Source of the DNA: Acidobacteriaceae bacterium
GTDB lineage: Bacteria; Acidobacteriota; Terriglobia; Terriglobales; Acidobacteriaceae
Length of the DNA stretch: 64,000 nt
Direction: 5' to 3'
Assembly (NCBI GenBank): GCA_965218545.1
Contig: CBDCLB010000002.1
Span: 776,622-840,621, forward strand
Position 1 is the stretch's first letter, and each line of letters begins with the position of its first letter. Made by a program: the position numbers and the translations under genes. Below the pieces are notes generated by a model, which was given only the letters and a program-made list of their open reading frames with translations, ran no database searches and was not told the origin of the DNA. Below, in pieces: positions 18,134 to 28,090 of the stretch.

Positions 18134-20263
18134 TCAGGGGAACTGTTCGCCGGGGTGGGCCATGTCGGCGACGCGCATGAGGTCCATCCAGATAGGCAGG
18201 GCGGTTTTTCCGCCCGTTTCCCCTTCCCCGAGCGAGGTTCGGCCGTCGTAGCCCACCCATACGCCGCAGGTGACGGAGGGAGAAAAGCCCAGAAACCAGG
18301 CATCCGTCGCGCCCGTGGTGGTGCCGGTTTTGCCCGCGAGGGGGTGGTCGAGCGTCGCGGCCTCAGCCCCGGTGCCGCCGGGCGCGGTCACGGCCCGCAG
18401 CAGCCGCAGCATGGTTCGGGCCACGCGGGGGCTGGTGACGGCAGTGGCTCCATCGTCCTGTTTCAGGTCATTCTGTCTGAGATCAAGAGGAATGCCGTCG
18501 GAGCCGGCCACGCGGCGAATGAGCCGGGGTGCGACGCGCATGCCGTCGTTGGGAAAGGCGGAGTAGGCGGCAACCTGCTCGCGCAGGGTGATCTCGACCG
18601 CTCCCAGGGCAACGGGCAGGTACTCCGGGATGCGCGAGGTGATGCCGAACCGGTGCGCGGTCGCGACCACCTTGCTCATCCCAACCTGCGCCGCAAGCCG
18701 CACGGCGGGGATGTTGCGCGAATCGGCAAAGGCGTGTTCGACCGTGATCTCGCCCAGGGTATTGCCCTCGTAGTCGCGCGGCTGATAGCCGTTGAAAGAG
18801 GTCGGCGCGTCGAGAATAAGCTGGTCCGGTGTCACGCCCGCCTCGACAGCCGCCGTGTACACATAGGGTTTAAAGGACGACCCGACCTGGCGCTCGGCCT
18901 CCGTCGCGCGGTTGTACTGCGACAGCGCGAAGTCCCGGCCGCCCACCATCGCCAGGACATCGCCGGTGGCATTATCAATCGCAAGCAGGGAGGCTTGGGC
19001 TCCGGTGTCCTCTTCGAGCGTGGCGCGCCAACCGTCCGGGCTGCGGCTTCCGAGCTTGACGTACACGACGTCGCCGGGCCGGAGAAACTCTCTTGCCGCA
19101 TGAAACCCGGTCCAGGCCCAGTCTTCCGGGGTCAGAGTGATTTCCTCGGGGCCGATGCGGGCCTGCACATTCTCTGTGCCTAGCGAGGTCACGAGGGCAT
19201 GGACATACGAGCCGGGAACCGGGGGCGTGGTCCAGTCCGGGTGGCGAAACGTCGCGAGATCGACGTGGGCGGTCCGCAGGTTGAGCAAACGGCCGCGCCA
19301 GCCCTGCCGCCGTTCGTAGGCCGCCAGCCTTTCAAGCACAGCGCGGTTGGCGGCGCGCTGCAACGCGAGATCGAGCGTGGTATCCACCCGGAGACCGGCG
19401 CTACGGAGCGCATCCGGACCCAGATCACGCTCGAGCTCGCGCCGCACCTCCTCCACAAACCACGGCGCTTCGCTGTTCGGCGGCGGCGCGAGACGGAGGC
19501 CCAGGGGGGCGGCTTGCGCCTCAGCGGCCTCCCCGGGCGTGATCTTGCCGTCATTCCGCATGGCTGCCAGCACCTGGTTTCGGCGGCGGAGGGCGCGCTC
19601 CGCGTGGGCGGTCGGCGAAAACTCCTCGGGGCCCTTAGGCAGCCCGCCAAGCAGGGCGGCTTCCGCGAGGGTCAGCTCGCTCGCGTGCTTGCTGAAATAT
19701 GTTTCGGCCCCGGCTTCAAACCCGTATGCGCCGTGGCCCAGATAGATTTGATTGCCGTACAGCGTAAAGATCTGCTCCTTGGTGAACGAGCGCTCGATCT
19801 CGATGGACAGAAGCGTTTCCTGGAGCTTGCGCCCGGCTGTGCGTTCGTCCGACAGAAACAGGTTGCGCGCCAGCTGCATGGTGAGGGTGGAAGCGCCTTG
19901 CGCACGGCCCTTGGAGCGAAGGTCGTGCCAGGCCGCGCCGAGGACGCGAAACACGTTCACCCCGAAGTGGTGCTCGAATCCTTTGTCCTCAATGGAGATA
20001 ACGGCGTCGCGCAGGACCGGGGCAAAACTCCCGTATGGAATCGCAACCCGGCGTTGAAGAGCGAACGAGCCTATCCGCTCTCCGTGAATATCGAAGAGCT
20101 CCGTGACGGTGGGCGGCTGGTAGCGCTCCAGGTCAGCGATCTCGGGGAGGTCGACCGAGTCGACCAGGACGAGGCCGCCGAGCGAACCGAACACCGCCGC
20201 AAGAATGCACAATGCGATGAGGCCGGCGCGGCGCAGCTTGCGGCGGCGTTCCCGCTCGTGCAA
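18134..20263 (-). CDS. mrcA: penicillin-binding protein 1A (bifunctional transglycosylase/transpeptidase)
   Basis: GT51 motifs SIEDKGFEHHFG and GASTLTMQLARN; transpeptidase motifs SSFKP (SxxK) and KTGTT. Confidence 0.92.
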   Translation of the reverse strand: MHERERRRKLRRAGLIALCILAAVFGSLGGLVLVDSVDLPEIADLERYQPPTVTELFDIHGERIGSFALQRRVAIPYGSFAPVLRDAVISIEDKGFEHHFGVNVFRVLGAAWHDLRSKGRAQGASTLTMQLARNLFLSDERTAGRKLQETLLSIEIERSFTKEQIFTLYGNQIYLGHGAYGFEAGAETYFSKHASELTLAEAALLGGLPKGPEEFSPTAHAERALRRRNQVLAAMRNDGKITPGEAAEAQAAPLGLRLAPPPNSEAPWFVEEVRRELERDLGPDALRSAGLRVDTTLDLALQRAANRAVLERLAAYERRQGWRGRLLNLRTAHVDLATFRHPDWTTPPVPGSYVHALVTSLGTENVQARIGPEEITLTPEDWAWTGFHAAREFLRPGDVVYVKLGSRSPDGWRATLEEDTGAQASLLAIDNATGDVLAMVGGRDFALSQYNRATEAERQVGSSFKPYVYTAAVEAGVTPDQLILDAPTSFNGYQPRDYEGNTLGEITVEHAFADSRNIPAVRLAAQVGMSKVVATAHRFGITSRIPEYLPVALGAVEITLREQVAAYSAFPNDGMRVAPRLIRRVAGSDGIPLDLRQNDLKQDDGATAVTSPRVARTMLRLLRAVTAPGGTGAEAATLDHPLAGKTGTTTGATDAWFLGFSPSVTCGVWVGYDGRTSLGEGETGGKTALPIWMDLMRVADMAHPGEQFP

Positions 20264-20313
20264 AGCAGCCCGGCGCGCAGCTGCGTTCGCTGCCGCGGGA
20301 AAAGCCGCCGGGC

Positions 20314-21537
20314 TCAGCTTTGCTTCGCCTTCAGCACGTCGAGCGCTTTGTTCAGCTGGTCGTCCACGCGCGGGTGGTTTACCTCAGCCGCCGGCTCGTC
20401 CTCCTCGGCCAGGAACTGGTCAATGGAGAGCGAGACGGGGATATTCGGTTTGACGGCGTTGGTTTGGATCGGCTTGCCATCAGGGGCATCGTACTTCGCC
20501 ACCGTCAGGAGCATGGCCGCGCCATTCGGGAGGTCAATGGTTTTCTCGATCGCCCCTGCTCCAAAAGTCCGGTCGCCGACTACATCGCCGCGCTTGGCCG
20601 CGAGCACCGCCGCGGCAACGATCTCCGCCGCGCCGGCGGTGCCGTGGTTTACCAGGATCGCAAGCGGTGCCCCGCTCACGAATTTTTGCGGGTCGGCTGC
20701 AAAGGTTTGTGCCGGGTACTTTTGCCCGCTCACACTTGCCAGGGTGCCGCTCTGCACAAAAGCGTTGGCCAGGCGCACGCCCTGCATCTCGTCGCCGGTA
20801 GACACATCGCGCAGGTCGAGCAGCACCTTTTTCTGCTTGCCCGCGCTCTTCAGCGCGGACTCAAGCTCCGTGACCCGCTCCTTGCTGAGCGTGACGGGCT
20901 TGAGATAGAGAATGGTCCCGTTGTCGTACTGCTCCGTGCCAAGCGCGGGGATCGCAACCGGACCCCGCGTCATCTTCCGGGTCACGGGGTCCTCCTTCCC
21001 GGGCACGATCATATCGAGTGCGACGGTTGTACCGGTCTTGCCTTCAAGCATCAACCGCATCATGGCCAAGGAAAGATCGTGCGTGCTCTTGCCGTCGATT
21101 GCCTCGATGACATCGCCGTCCTGAATCCCTTGCTTGTCGGCCGGGCTTGAGGGGATAACGGAAACCACTGTGGCATAGCCGTAGCGTTTGCTCACCTGCA
21201 TGCCGAACTGCTGGTCGTTGGCGGGGTTCGCGGTAGAAGCCAGCTCTGCCTTGTACGCCTTGTACTCGTCCGGCGTCAGATAGCTCGAGTTCGCGTCCAG
21301 CGAGTCCACAAGCCCGTGCAGCGCGCCGTCGGTAACGGAGGGCAGGCTGGGCGTGACCACATAAAAGTTCTGGATCTTGCGCAGGACTTCCTCAAAAACG
21401 CCCATCTGCTTGTAGGCGTTACCATCCTGCGAGAACCCGCCTGCGCGCACGCTCGCCGGGAGAAACCCACCGGTGAGCACTACGAGAGCCACGACGACGG
21501 CAAGGCCGAACACAAATCGCTGAAACTGCTTCGACAT
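20314..21537 (-). CDS. S41-family C-terminal processing peptidase with PDZ domain
   Basis: PDZ-like PADKQGIQDGDVIEAIDG; peptidase region NHGTAGAAEIVAAAV...GDRTFGAG. Start is ATG 21537, with GTG 21552 as an alternative. Confidence 0.88.
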   Translation of the reverse strand: MSKQFQRFVFGLAVVVALVVLTGGFLPASVRAGGFSQDGNAYKQMGVFEEVLRKIQNFYVVTPSLPSVTDGALHGLVDSLDANSSYLTPDEYKAYKAELASTANPANDQQFGMQVSKRYGYATVVSVIPSSPADKQGIQDGDVIEAIDGKSTHDLSLAMMRLMLEGKTGTTVALDMIVPGKEDPVTRKMTRGPVAIPALGTEQYDNGTILYLKPVTLSKERVTELESALKSAGKQKKVLLDLRDVSTGDEMQGVRLANAFVQSGTLASVSGQKYPAQTFAADPQKFVSGAPLAILVNHGTAGAAEIVAAAVLAAKRGDVVGDRTFGAGAIEKTIDLPNGAAMLLTVAKYDAPDGKPIQTNAVKPNIPVSLSIDQFLAEEDEPAAEVNHPRVDDQLNKALDVLKAKQS

Positions 21538-21628
21538 AAAGAGTGAGACCACGCGGGCCGGGAATGGAAAGCGCTGAAACTGCTCATGATCATACTCCCC
21601 TTCCGCAAGCGCCGCCTCTGGGAGCGGT

Positions 21629-22402
21629 TCAGTGTGTAACGGGCCCTACCTGGTCGACGCGCCACATGGGGCCGTCCTCGAAGAACTGGCCTTCTTCCCG
21701 GACAAAGGCGGGAGCCTCGCCCTCCAGAAAAAGAAAGTGCCAGTCCTTTGGCTGCTTTCCGACCAAGGGGGCCACAATGCCAGTCAACCCGCCGAGGTCG
21801 GCTTTGCCTTGAAACTCACGAGCCTTCCGGGGGCTGCCCCCAACCCGAAACGGCACCATGCCTTCCGGCGTGATCGTAATGTGGATCAGGCGCGCTCCAT
21901 GGTAGGCCACGATGTAAGGCAGTGTCGTTTTCGGCACTCGGTCGCCGATGTTCGTCAGCAAAGTAAGGGCGATGCCGTTCGCGAGGTCAGGAGGCAGGTC
22001 CATGTGCTGCGTTGTGACTTTCGGCGGCCCGCTTTTCTGTGCCTCGCGCAGCGTCACAGTGCCGCTCGGCACGTCGATGCTCATCTCCATGGGATTGGGA
22101 AAGCTTGGGCCGCGCTGGATGTGGTGGTCTTTCAGCAGACGAAACACACCGTGCTGCGTAAACTCGGCTGTTTCATCGTCGAGCGAGCCGTCATGGAAGC
22201 GGAAGCGCAGACGGGACACAATGCGCTTTCCCCGGACGACCTGGATAAGATCGCCCACCGCGACGGTTTTGCCGTCCATGTCGCGCAGGAGCAGGAAGCC
22301 ATGCGTGGTTCCCTGGGGGTAACGGACGGCGACAGGGTCCGCGCGGAGAAGGGAGCCAAAGCAAAGAAAAAACAGGAAAAGCAGAAAAGCAGGTTGTTTC
22401 AT
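21629..22402 (-). CDS. hypothetical exported protein
   Basis: Signal-peptide-like start MKQPAFLLFLFFLCFGSLLRA at ATG 22402. No recognisable family. Confidence 0.55.
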   Translation of the reverse strand: MKQPAFLLFLFFLCFGSLLRADPVAVRYPQGTTHGFLLLRDMDGKTVAVGDLIQVVRGKRIVSRLRFRFHDGSLDDETAEFTQHGVFRLLKDHHIQRGPSFPNPMEMSIDVPSGTVTLREAQKSGPPKVTTQHMDLPPDLANGIALTLLTNIGDRVPKTTLPYIVAYHGARLIHITITPEGMVPFRVGGSPRKAREFQGKADLGGLTGIVAPLVGKQPKDWHFLFLEGEAPAFVREEGQFFEDGPMWRVDQVGPVTH

Positions 22403-22492
22403 CGAAGTTCCCCGGAGTGCCTTCAGAAACACTGAGCATACCCGATGACTCGCCGGCCGCAACAGCCTTCGGTAACCCGCCCACCATGCGGT

Positions 22493-23557
22493 CTACAATC
22501 CTGGCACAAGACCGAGGAGGGCGCGCAGCGAAGCCCGGTCCTGGGTGCCGCCGGCGAAGTCGTCGAAGGAACGGCCGGTGACGTGGATCATCTCGCGCCG
22601 GATCAGCTCTGCTCCACGGCGCGCGCCATCCTCGGCGGCTTGGAGCGGGTCTTCCCACTCGAGCACGGCCCAGCCGGGGTAGTCGTATTGGGCGAGCTTC
22701 GCGAAGATCGCGGGGAAGTCGATCTGCCCCATGCCCGCGGTGCGGAAGCGCCCCGGGCGGTCGACCCAGGCCTGGTAACCCCCATACACTCCCGAGCGCC
22801 CGCTCGGGCGCAACTCCGCGTCCTTGACGTGGAAGGCGCGGACATACGGGTGATACAGGTCGAGAAAAGCGAGATAGTCCATACCCTGCAGGACCATGTG
22901 GCTGGGGTCGTACAAGATTTTGGCGCGGGGGTGGTGGCCGACAGCGTCGAGAAAGCGTTCAAAGGTCGCGCCGTCGTGGAGGTCCTCGCCGGGGTGGAGC
23001 TCGAAGCACAGGTCGACTCCCGTCTCATCGAACGCGTTGAGGATGGGCAGCCAACGCCGGCCAAGCTCCGCGAACGCCTCCTCGACCAAACCCGCGGGGC
23101 GCTGCGGCCAAGGGTAGAAATACGGCCAGGCAAGCGCTCCTGAAAAAGTGGCATGCGCCCGAAGGCCGAGGCGGCGTGAGGCGCGGGCGGCGAAGCGCAG
23201 TTGGCCCTCGGCCCAGGCACGGCGGGCCGGCTCGTTTTTGCGGACGGACTCAGGAGCGAAGCTATCGAAAAGGCTGCCGTAGGCGGGATGGACCGCGACG
23301 AGCTGGCCCTGGAGATGGGTGGACAACTCGGAAATCTCGAGACCGTGATTCCCGAGCCGGGCGCGGAGGTCGTCGGCGTAACTTTGGCTTTCCGCAAGCT
23401 GTTCTAAGTCGAACAAGCGTACGTCGGTCGTCGGGAGCTGCACGGCACGAAAACCGAGACCGGCGGACCAAGCGGCGATCGCGTCGAGGGAGTTGAAAGG
23501 GGGCTGGTCCGAAAGAAACTGCGCGAGAAAAAGAGCTGGGCCTTGAATGGTTTTCAT
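22493..23557 (-). CDS. sugar phosphate isomerase/epimerase (xylose-isomerase-like TIM barrel)
   Basis: The 354 aa length and sequence character (GFRAVQLP..., ELHPGEDLHDG, AVLEWEDP) are typical of the AP_endonuc_2/TIM-barrel family. Substrate unknown. Confidence 0.65.
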   Translation of the reverse strand: MKTIQGPALFLAQFLSDQPPFNSLDAIAAWSAGLGFRAVQLPTTDVRLFDLEQLAESQSYADDLRARLGNHGLEISELSTHLQGQLVAVHPAYGSLFDSFAPESVRKNEPARRAWAEGQLRFAARASRRLGLRAHATFSGALAWPYFYPWPQRPAGLVEEAFAELGRRWLPILNAFDETGVDLCFELHPGEDLHDGATFERFLDAVGHHPRAKILYDPSHMVLQGMDYLAFLDLYHPYVRAFHVKDAELRPSGRSGVYGGYQAWVDRPGRFRTAGMGQIDFPAIFAKLAQYDYPGWAVLEWEDPLQAAEDGARRGAELIRREMIHVTGRSFDDFAGGTQDRASLRALLGLVPGL

Positions 23558-23713
23558 TTGGCAAATCAGTCCCGATCATCGTACAGCGGTTCTCACAGAT
23601 TCACGGTCCGGGTGCTTCGACGAAGACAGGCGGCTTTGTGGCGGGGCCGTCCTTGCTTTCAAAACAGCACCGGGAGCAAACGCGCGCACACTCAGTTTTG
23701 GAGGAGTGACACA

Positions 23714-23818
23714 ATGGCCGCGACAGGACAGCAGCGCACGGGCAAACACGCACAAGAGCGAAGTCGAGCCGGGACCGCACAAGAGATGCCCCGCGAGCAG
23801 CACAAGGGCGGCAAATAG
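23714..23818 (+). CDS. candidate 34-aa hydrophilic small protein
   Basis: GGAGGAG lies 7 nt upstream of the ATG. Translation: MAATGQQRTGKHAQERSRAGTAQEMPREQHKGGK. It is oriented opposite to both neighbours. The C-terminal HKGGK weakly recalls KGG stress-protein repeats. Confidence 0.3.
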   Translation: MAATGQQRTGKHAQERSRAGTAQEMPREQHKGGK

Positions 23819-23867
23819 GCCCGGGGAGCAACGGAGCGGGGCGGGGTCAGCCCGCCTTTCTCTGCGT

Positions 23868-24908
23868 TCAATGAAGTGCGGACGCGACTTGCGAACCCGT
23901 CTCCTGCTTTTGCTCTGCTTGCGCGACGAGCTTGCGCAGCTTTCCCGCGATGTTTGCGTCGCTTATGTGCTCATCCTGGAGGACGCCGTCGCTGTCAATG
24001 GTGAACGTGTGCGGGATTGCGTTGAGCCCAAAAAGCTGAGAAACGGGTCCGGTAAAACCGCCATCGCGGTACTTCGGCCAGGTCATGCCGTTATGCGCTA
24101 CAAAGTCCTTCCATTTCGCTTCGTCCGAGTCCAGGCTGACACTGAGGATCACAAGCGGCTGCCCGGCAAACTCCCTCGCGATCTGCTGCACATGGGGCAG
24201 GGCTTCGCGGCAGGGTCCGCACCAGGTTGCCCAAAAGTCAAGAAGGACGACCTTGCCACGCAGGCCGTCGAGCGAGACCTGCTTACCGTCGAGCGTGGTG
24301 ACGCGGAAAGCGGGGGCGATGCGCGCGCGGACCAGGTCAAGGCGCTCCACGAAACGGCTCACGCGCTCCAAGTCGAGTGAGCCCGGTTTGAGCTTCGGCA
24401 GCAGGGCGCTGAATACCTGCCGGGCTTGGTCGTCCTGCTGCTGCTCGGCCAGGCACATAGCTTGCACGTACATCGCGGAAGTGTCCTGGGGGGCGGCGGC
24501 GAGCGCGCTTTGTGCTTCCTTCTCGGCTTCAGCGAAGCACTCGCTTTTCTTTTTTGCTTTTCCCATGGCCAGCAGCACCTTGGCCCGCTCGAGGTGCGCC
24601 CCGGCTTCCTGTGCGGGATTTTGAGCGATGGCCAGCAGTTCGCCCGACGCAGCTTCGGCCGCTTTCCAGTCGCGGAGTCCGGTTGCGAGCTCAACTGCCT
24701 TTTCAGCACAGAGAGCGCAGCGGTTGCCGTCGAGCTTATCGGCCTTGCGATACGCGTCCAAGGCAAAGGAGTACCGGTGGCGCTTTTCGAGCGACTGCGC
24801 TTCGGCGAAGCCTTTCTGCGCACGCGGGTCTGCCCGACCGGCGGTTTGTGCGTGCGCGACGGCAGCGGGGAGCAAGAGGAAAAAGAGCGCGGTGACACGA
24901 GCGAACAC
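23868..24908 (-). CDS. TlpA-family thiol:disulfide oxidoreductase with N-terminal TPR-like region
   Basis: Signal peptide, a helical repeat region, then VVLLDFWATWCGPCREALP (thioredoxin WCxxC). Confidence 0.8.
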   Translation of the reverse strand: MFARVTALFFLLLPAAVAHAQTAGRADPRAQKGFAEAQSLEKRHRYSFALDAYRKADKLDGNRCALCAEKAVELATGLRDWKAAEAASGELLAIAQNPAQEAGAHLERAKVLLAMGKAKKKSECFAEAEKEAQSALAAAPQDTSAMYVQAMCLAEQQQDDQARQVFSALLPKLKPGSLDLERVSRFVERLDLVRARIAPAFRVTTLDGKQVSLDGLRGKVVLLDFWATWCGPCREALPHVQQIAREFAGQPLVILSVSLDSDEAKWKDFVAHNGMTWPKYRDGGFTGPVSQLFGLNAIPHTFTIDSDGVLQDEHISDANIAGKLRKLVAQAEQKQETGSQVASALH

Positions 24909-25017
24909 GGGAGCCTCGGAAGTCGAGCTTAGGAAGCAGCGGATTCACCGTAGCACGCTGTGAAATCAACCGCGACAGAATCGACTCTGCCTTCACTTCA
25001 CCTTCCCGATTTGGGAA

Positions 25018-26544
25018 TTAAAAGTCCACATGCGCCCGCACAGAGGAAACCCAAACGGGCCCTCGATCGCGGTTGTATCCAGGGTCGGTGAGGTGCGAAA
25101 GGCCAAGCGCGAAGTACAAACCACGCTGGACGTGGAGGTTGTAGTAGCTTTCCACAATGTTTTCGCGCCCGTAGCGAAGGCGTCCGTCGCCGAGCAGGAA
25201 GCCCAGGCCACCGTCTGCGAGGTAGTTTTGGTGGTCGCGCTTGATGGCGTTCGACACAAATGCCACGCCAAGCTTGTCGTTGCGGCGCCCCCACCGGCTC
25301 CCGTCGTAGTCGCCGCCCGCGAGCACGGTCTGGTCCACCTCCGTATAGCAGAAGCTTTCATGCTGCCCTTCGTTCCAGCCGAAGCGGCCGCCGAAACGCA
25401 GGTGCTCGGTGACCTGCTCCTCGGTCGAGTAGCCAAAACCGTACTTGACCGCGCCGAAGTGTTCGTGGCTCGTGATGTCCGGCGTGGCATCCTCGCCGCG
25501 GAGATACGCGTTTACAGCTTCGCGATATGTGCCCATGTGGGCCGCGTTTACATAGGCGAGCACGCGCTGCACCCCCCGCATCCCGGGCCAAAGGCCTTTG
25601 CGGAGCTCGAACTCCACATTGTGCCCACGGGCGCGGCTCAGGGCCCAATCCAGGTTGATGCCGTTGGCGACCGTAGGCATTACTGCCAAGCCGTAGCGGG
25701 CAGCCCAGCTGCGGTCCTGATACTCAAGGGTCGCGGCATAGGTATAGCCGCGGGTGTCGGCGGCATAGTCCCATGTGCCGTTGTTATCCACCGTCCAGTT
25801 CATAAATTGCAGATGGCTGTCGCTGAGCACGGCATTGATGTCGAACACGTCGGGAAGGGACATTTTGCCCAAACGGAACTCGAAGCGGCGCACGGGAGCG
25901 CGCAGGGCGAGAGCCAAAGGGCCGCGCGGCGTTTCGGTCATCTCGCTGGTCAGCCCGATCGTTTGGTGCACTTCAATACGGGCGATATACGGTGCCGAGC
26001 CCAGGCTGGGGTTGCGGACGACATCGAGGTTGGTGAACCCGGCCAGACCCAGCGCTTGGCTCAGCCCGCGGCCGCCGGCCGACTCGACATCGAGAATGAA
26101 GTCGGTGTTGTAGCGCAGTTCCCGATCGGTGGCCGGGCGGTTGAGCAGCCGCTCGACCTGGTCGGCGAGGTACAAGGTTCCGAGCAGCGAGGTTTTGTAC
26201 TCGCCCGCGTTGCGAAAGCTGTTGAGCCCCTGATACGGCGCGTGGAACGGGAGGTTGGCCTGAAAAATGATGTTCGCCTGGCCCGCGATGTACCAGGGCG
26301 TGTCTCCGGGGTGCGCAAACTCGGTGAGCTGGTCGCCCGCCTGGTCTGCCTCCTCCCCATGCTGGGCGCTTGCTGTCGAGTGTCCGCCACCGGCTGATTG
26401 GGGCGGTGCGTAAGATCCCGGCGCGTTTGGAAGCGCATCCGAGGGAGAAACGAGGCTTTCCGCCTCCACGTGAGGAACGCCCGCCGTGCAGGCAAGCAGG
26501 AAGCAAAACACGGCGGCGAAACAGCGCAAGAAACCTCCACGCAA
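25018..26544 (-). CDS. carbohydrate-selective porin, OprB family
   Basis: Beta-barrel character with an aromatic C-terminus (...VRAHVDF) and segments such as GLGFLLGDGRLRYGRENIVESYYN, typical of OprB-type porins. A signal peptide (RGGFLRCFAAVFCFLLACTAG) follows TTG 26544. TTG 26529 has a GGAGG SD; the longest ORF reaches 26736. Confidence 0.65.
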   Translation of the reverse strand: MRGGFLRCFAAVFCFLLACTAGVPHVEAESLVSPSDALPNAPGSYAPPQSAGGGHSTASAQHGEEADQAGDQLTEFAHPGDTPWYIAGQANIIFQANLPFHAPYQGLNSFRNAGEYKTSLLGTLYLADQVERLLNRPATDRELRYNTDFILDVESAGGRGLSQALGLAGFTNLDVVRNPSLGSAPYIARIEVHQTIGLTSEMTETPRGPLALALRAPVRRFEFRLGKMSLPDVFDINAVLSDSHLQFMNWTVDNNGTWDYAADTRGYTYAATLEYQDRSWAARYGLAVMPTVANGINLDWALSRARGHNVEFELRKGLWPGMRGVQRVLAYVNAAHMGTYREAVNAYLRGEDATPDITSHEHFGAVKYGFGYSTEEQVTEHLRFGGRFGWNEGQHESFCYTEVDQTVLAGGDYDGSRWGRRNDKLGVAFVSNAIKRDHQNYLADGGLGFLLGDGRLRYGRENIVESYYNLHVQRGLYFALGLSHLTDPGYNRDRGPVWVSSVRAHVDF

Positions 26545-26994
26545 AGAACTGGGATGCTTTGGCGATAGTACCTTGCCGGCAGTGGAAATCAGTCCTGCAC
26601 GCGTGGTCCCGATGCGCCTGAAAAAAGAGCCGTACCTCCCAGCTTGCCAAGCCGCGCGCGGGCGCGCTTCACACTTGTCCACGCCGGCAGGGCTCCCTCC
26701 AGTGACGCTGCACGGGGAAAGCTGCGCGAGTGGCAAGCCGGGGACGGGGGCCGCGGCGGTGCCCCAAAAAATCCGGTTTCTCCCGCAAAAGATCGGCCGG
26801 AATAAATCAGGGCTTCAACTACGGCGTGAGCAGGCCTTTGCAGACGGCGGACCCCGGTTCTCGATACACTGGACAAGCACCATAGTTTGCGCGCCGCGGC
26901 GCGCTTCCCAGCCGCGTACTTCGTCTTTTGCGCCGGAGCTTCTTGCACAGCTAGCCCACAGCACAACAGTGCGGCCACGCACGAAAGGTCTTCT

Positions 26995-28038
26995 ATGAAG
27001 AAATCTGAAATCTTGCGCGCCTGGGCCGGCATTCTTGCCGGACGTCCGCCTTCCCTTTCCATTGAGATCACCAAAGAGTGCCCGCTACGATGCCCGGGCT
27101 GCTATGCCTTCGACGCTGCCCATTTGGGAGGCGGCACGGAACTCCGCCAACTTTCGGACTTCAAGGGCGACGACCTGGTCCGCAATGTGCTGGCGCTGGT
27201 AGACGCGCACAAACCGCTCCACGTCTCGCTGGTGGGCGGAGACCCGCTGGTGCGGTATCGCGAGCTCGAGCTGCTGCTGCCCGAGCTTGAAGCCCGCGGC
27301 GTGCATACGCAGGTGGTTACCAGCGCTTTTCGCGTGATCCCCGCGGCTTGGCAACGCTTTAAGAGCATGAGTGTGGTTGTTTCCATCGACGGCCTGCAGC
27401 CCGAGCACGACGAACGCCGCAAACCCGCCACCTACGAGCGCATCTTGAAAACAACCGCCGACGCGCGGATCACGGTGCACTGCACCATCACCAGCCAGAT
27501 CGCCTCGCGCGCCGGCTACCTCGAGCAGTTTCTCCAGTTTTGGAGCGAGCAACCGCAGGTCAACAAGGTTTGGTTCAGCCTGTTTACCCCGCAGCGCGGT
27601 GCTACCGACCCCGAAATCCTCACTCCCGCCCAACGCGCCTCCGTACTTACGGAGCTGCTCCGCTTGCGCGGTTCGTATCCCAAGCTCGACATGCCCGAGT
27701 GGGTCCTGCGCGAGATCGCAACGCCTCCGAAGCGACCGGAAGAATGCATCTTCGCGCTCACCACCACGACGATCTCCGCCGACCTCCAAACCAAAATCAC
27801 GCCGTGCCAGTTCGGCGGCGATCCGGACTGTTCCCAGTGCGGGTGCGTCGCTTCCCTGGCTCTCGCGGGTGTAGGTCACACGAAAGTGGTGGGCGGGCTG
27901 ACTGCCGGGCACCTCTTCGTGGCATCCGATCGCATCGGGAAAGTCTGGAAGCGTGCCTTCCCGGTCGGCAGCACCGCGCCGGGAAAGCCCGCGCCAAAGG
28001 TCCGCGACGAAGCACTCGTCACGATTCAAAGGCCCTAA
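26995..28038 (+). CDS. radical SAM protein with C-terminal Cys cluster
   Basis: EITKECPLRCPGCYA is the CX3CX2C radical SAM cluster motif, and the C-terminal CQFGGDPDCSQCGC suggests an auxiliary cluster. ATG 26995 is preferred over the 5'-extended ORF. Confidence 0.8.
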   Translation: MKKSEILRAWAGILAGRPPSLSIEITKECPLRCPGCYAFDAAHLGGGTELRQLSDFKGDDLVRNVLALVDAHKPLHVSLVGGDPLVRYRELELLLPELEARGVHTQVVTSAFRVIPAAWQRFKSMSVVVSIDGLQPEHDERRKPATYERILKTTADARITVHCTITSQIASRAGYLEQFLQFWSEQPQVNKVWFSLFTPQRGATDPEILTPAQRASVLTELLRLRGSYPKLDMPEWVLREIATPPKRPEECIFALTTTTISADLQTKITPCQFGGDPDCSQCGCVASLALAGVGHTKVVGGLTAGHLFVASDRIGKVWKRAFPVGSTAPGKPAPKVRDEALVTIQRP

Positions 28039-28043
28039 AAAAG

Positions 28044-28072
28044 AAAGGAGCGGCAGGTTCGCCGCTCCTTTT
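28044..28072. terminator. bidirectional rho-independent terminator
   Basis: AAAGGAGCGGC-AGGTTC-GCCGCTCCTTTT: a GC-rich stem of up to 11 bp flanked by an A-run and a T-run, lying between two convergent genes. Confidence 0.8.
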
Positions 28073-28090
28073 GCTCGATTTTAGGGCGTC

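Noticed and set aside
19199-20908. 569-aa plus-strand ORF crossing the PBP1A/S41 protease junction
   Set aside because: It is antisense to two well-supported genes and even spans their intergenic gap. Its composition is that of a shadow frame.
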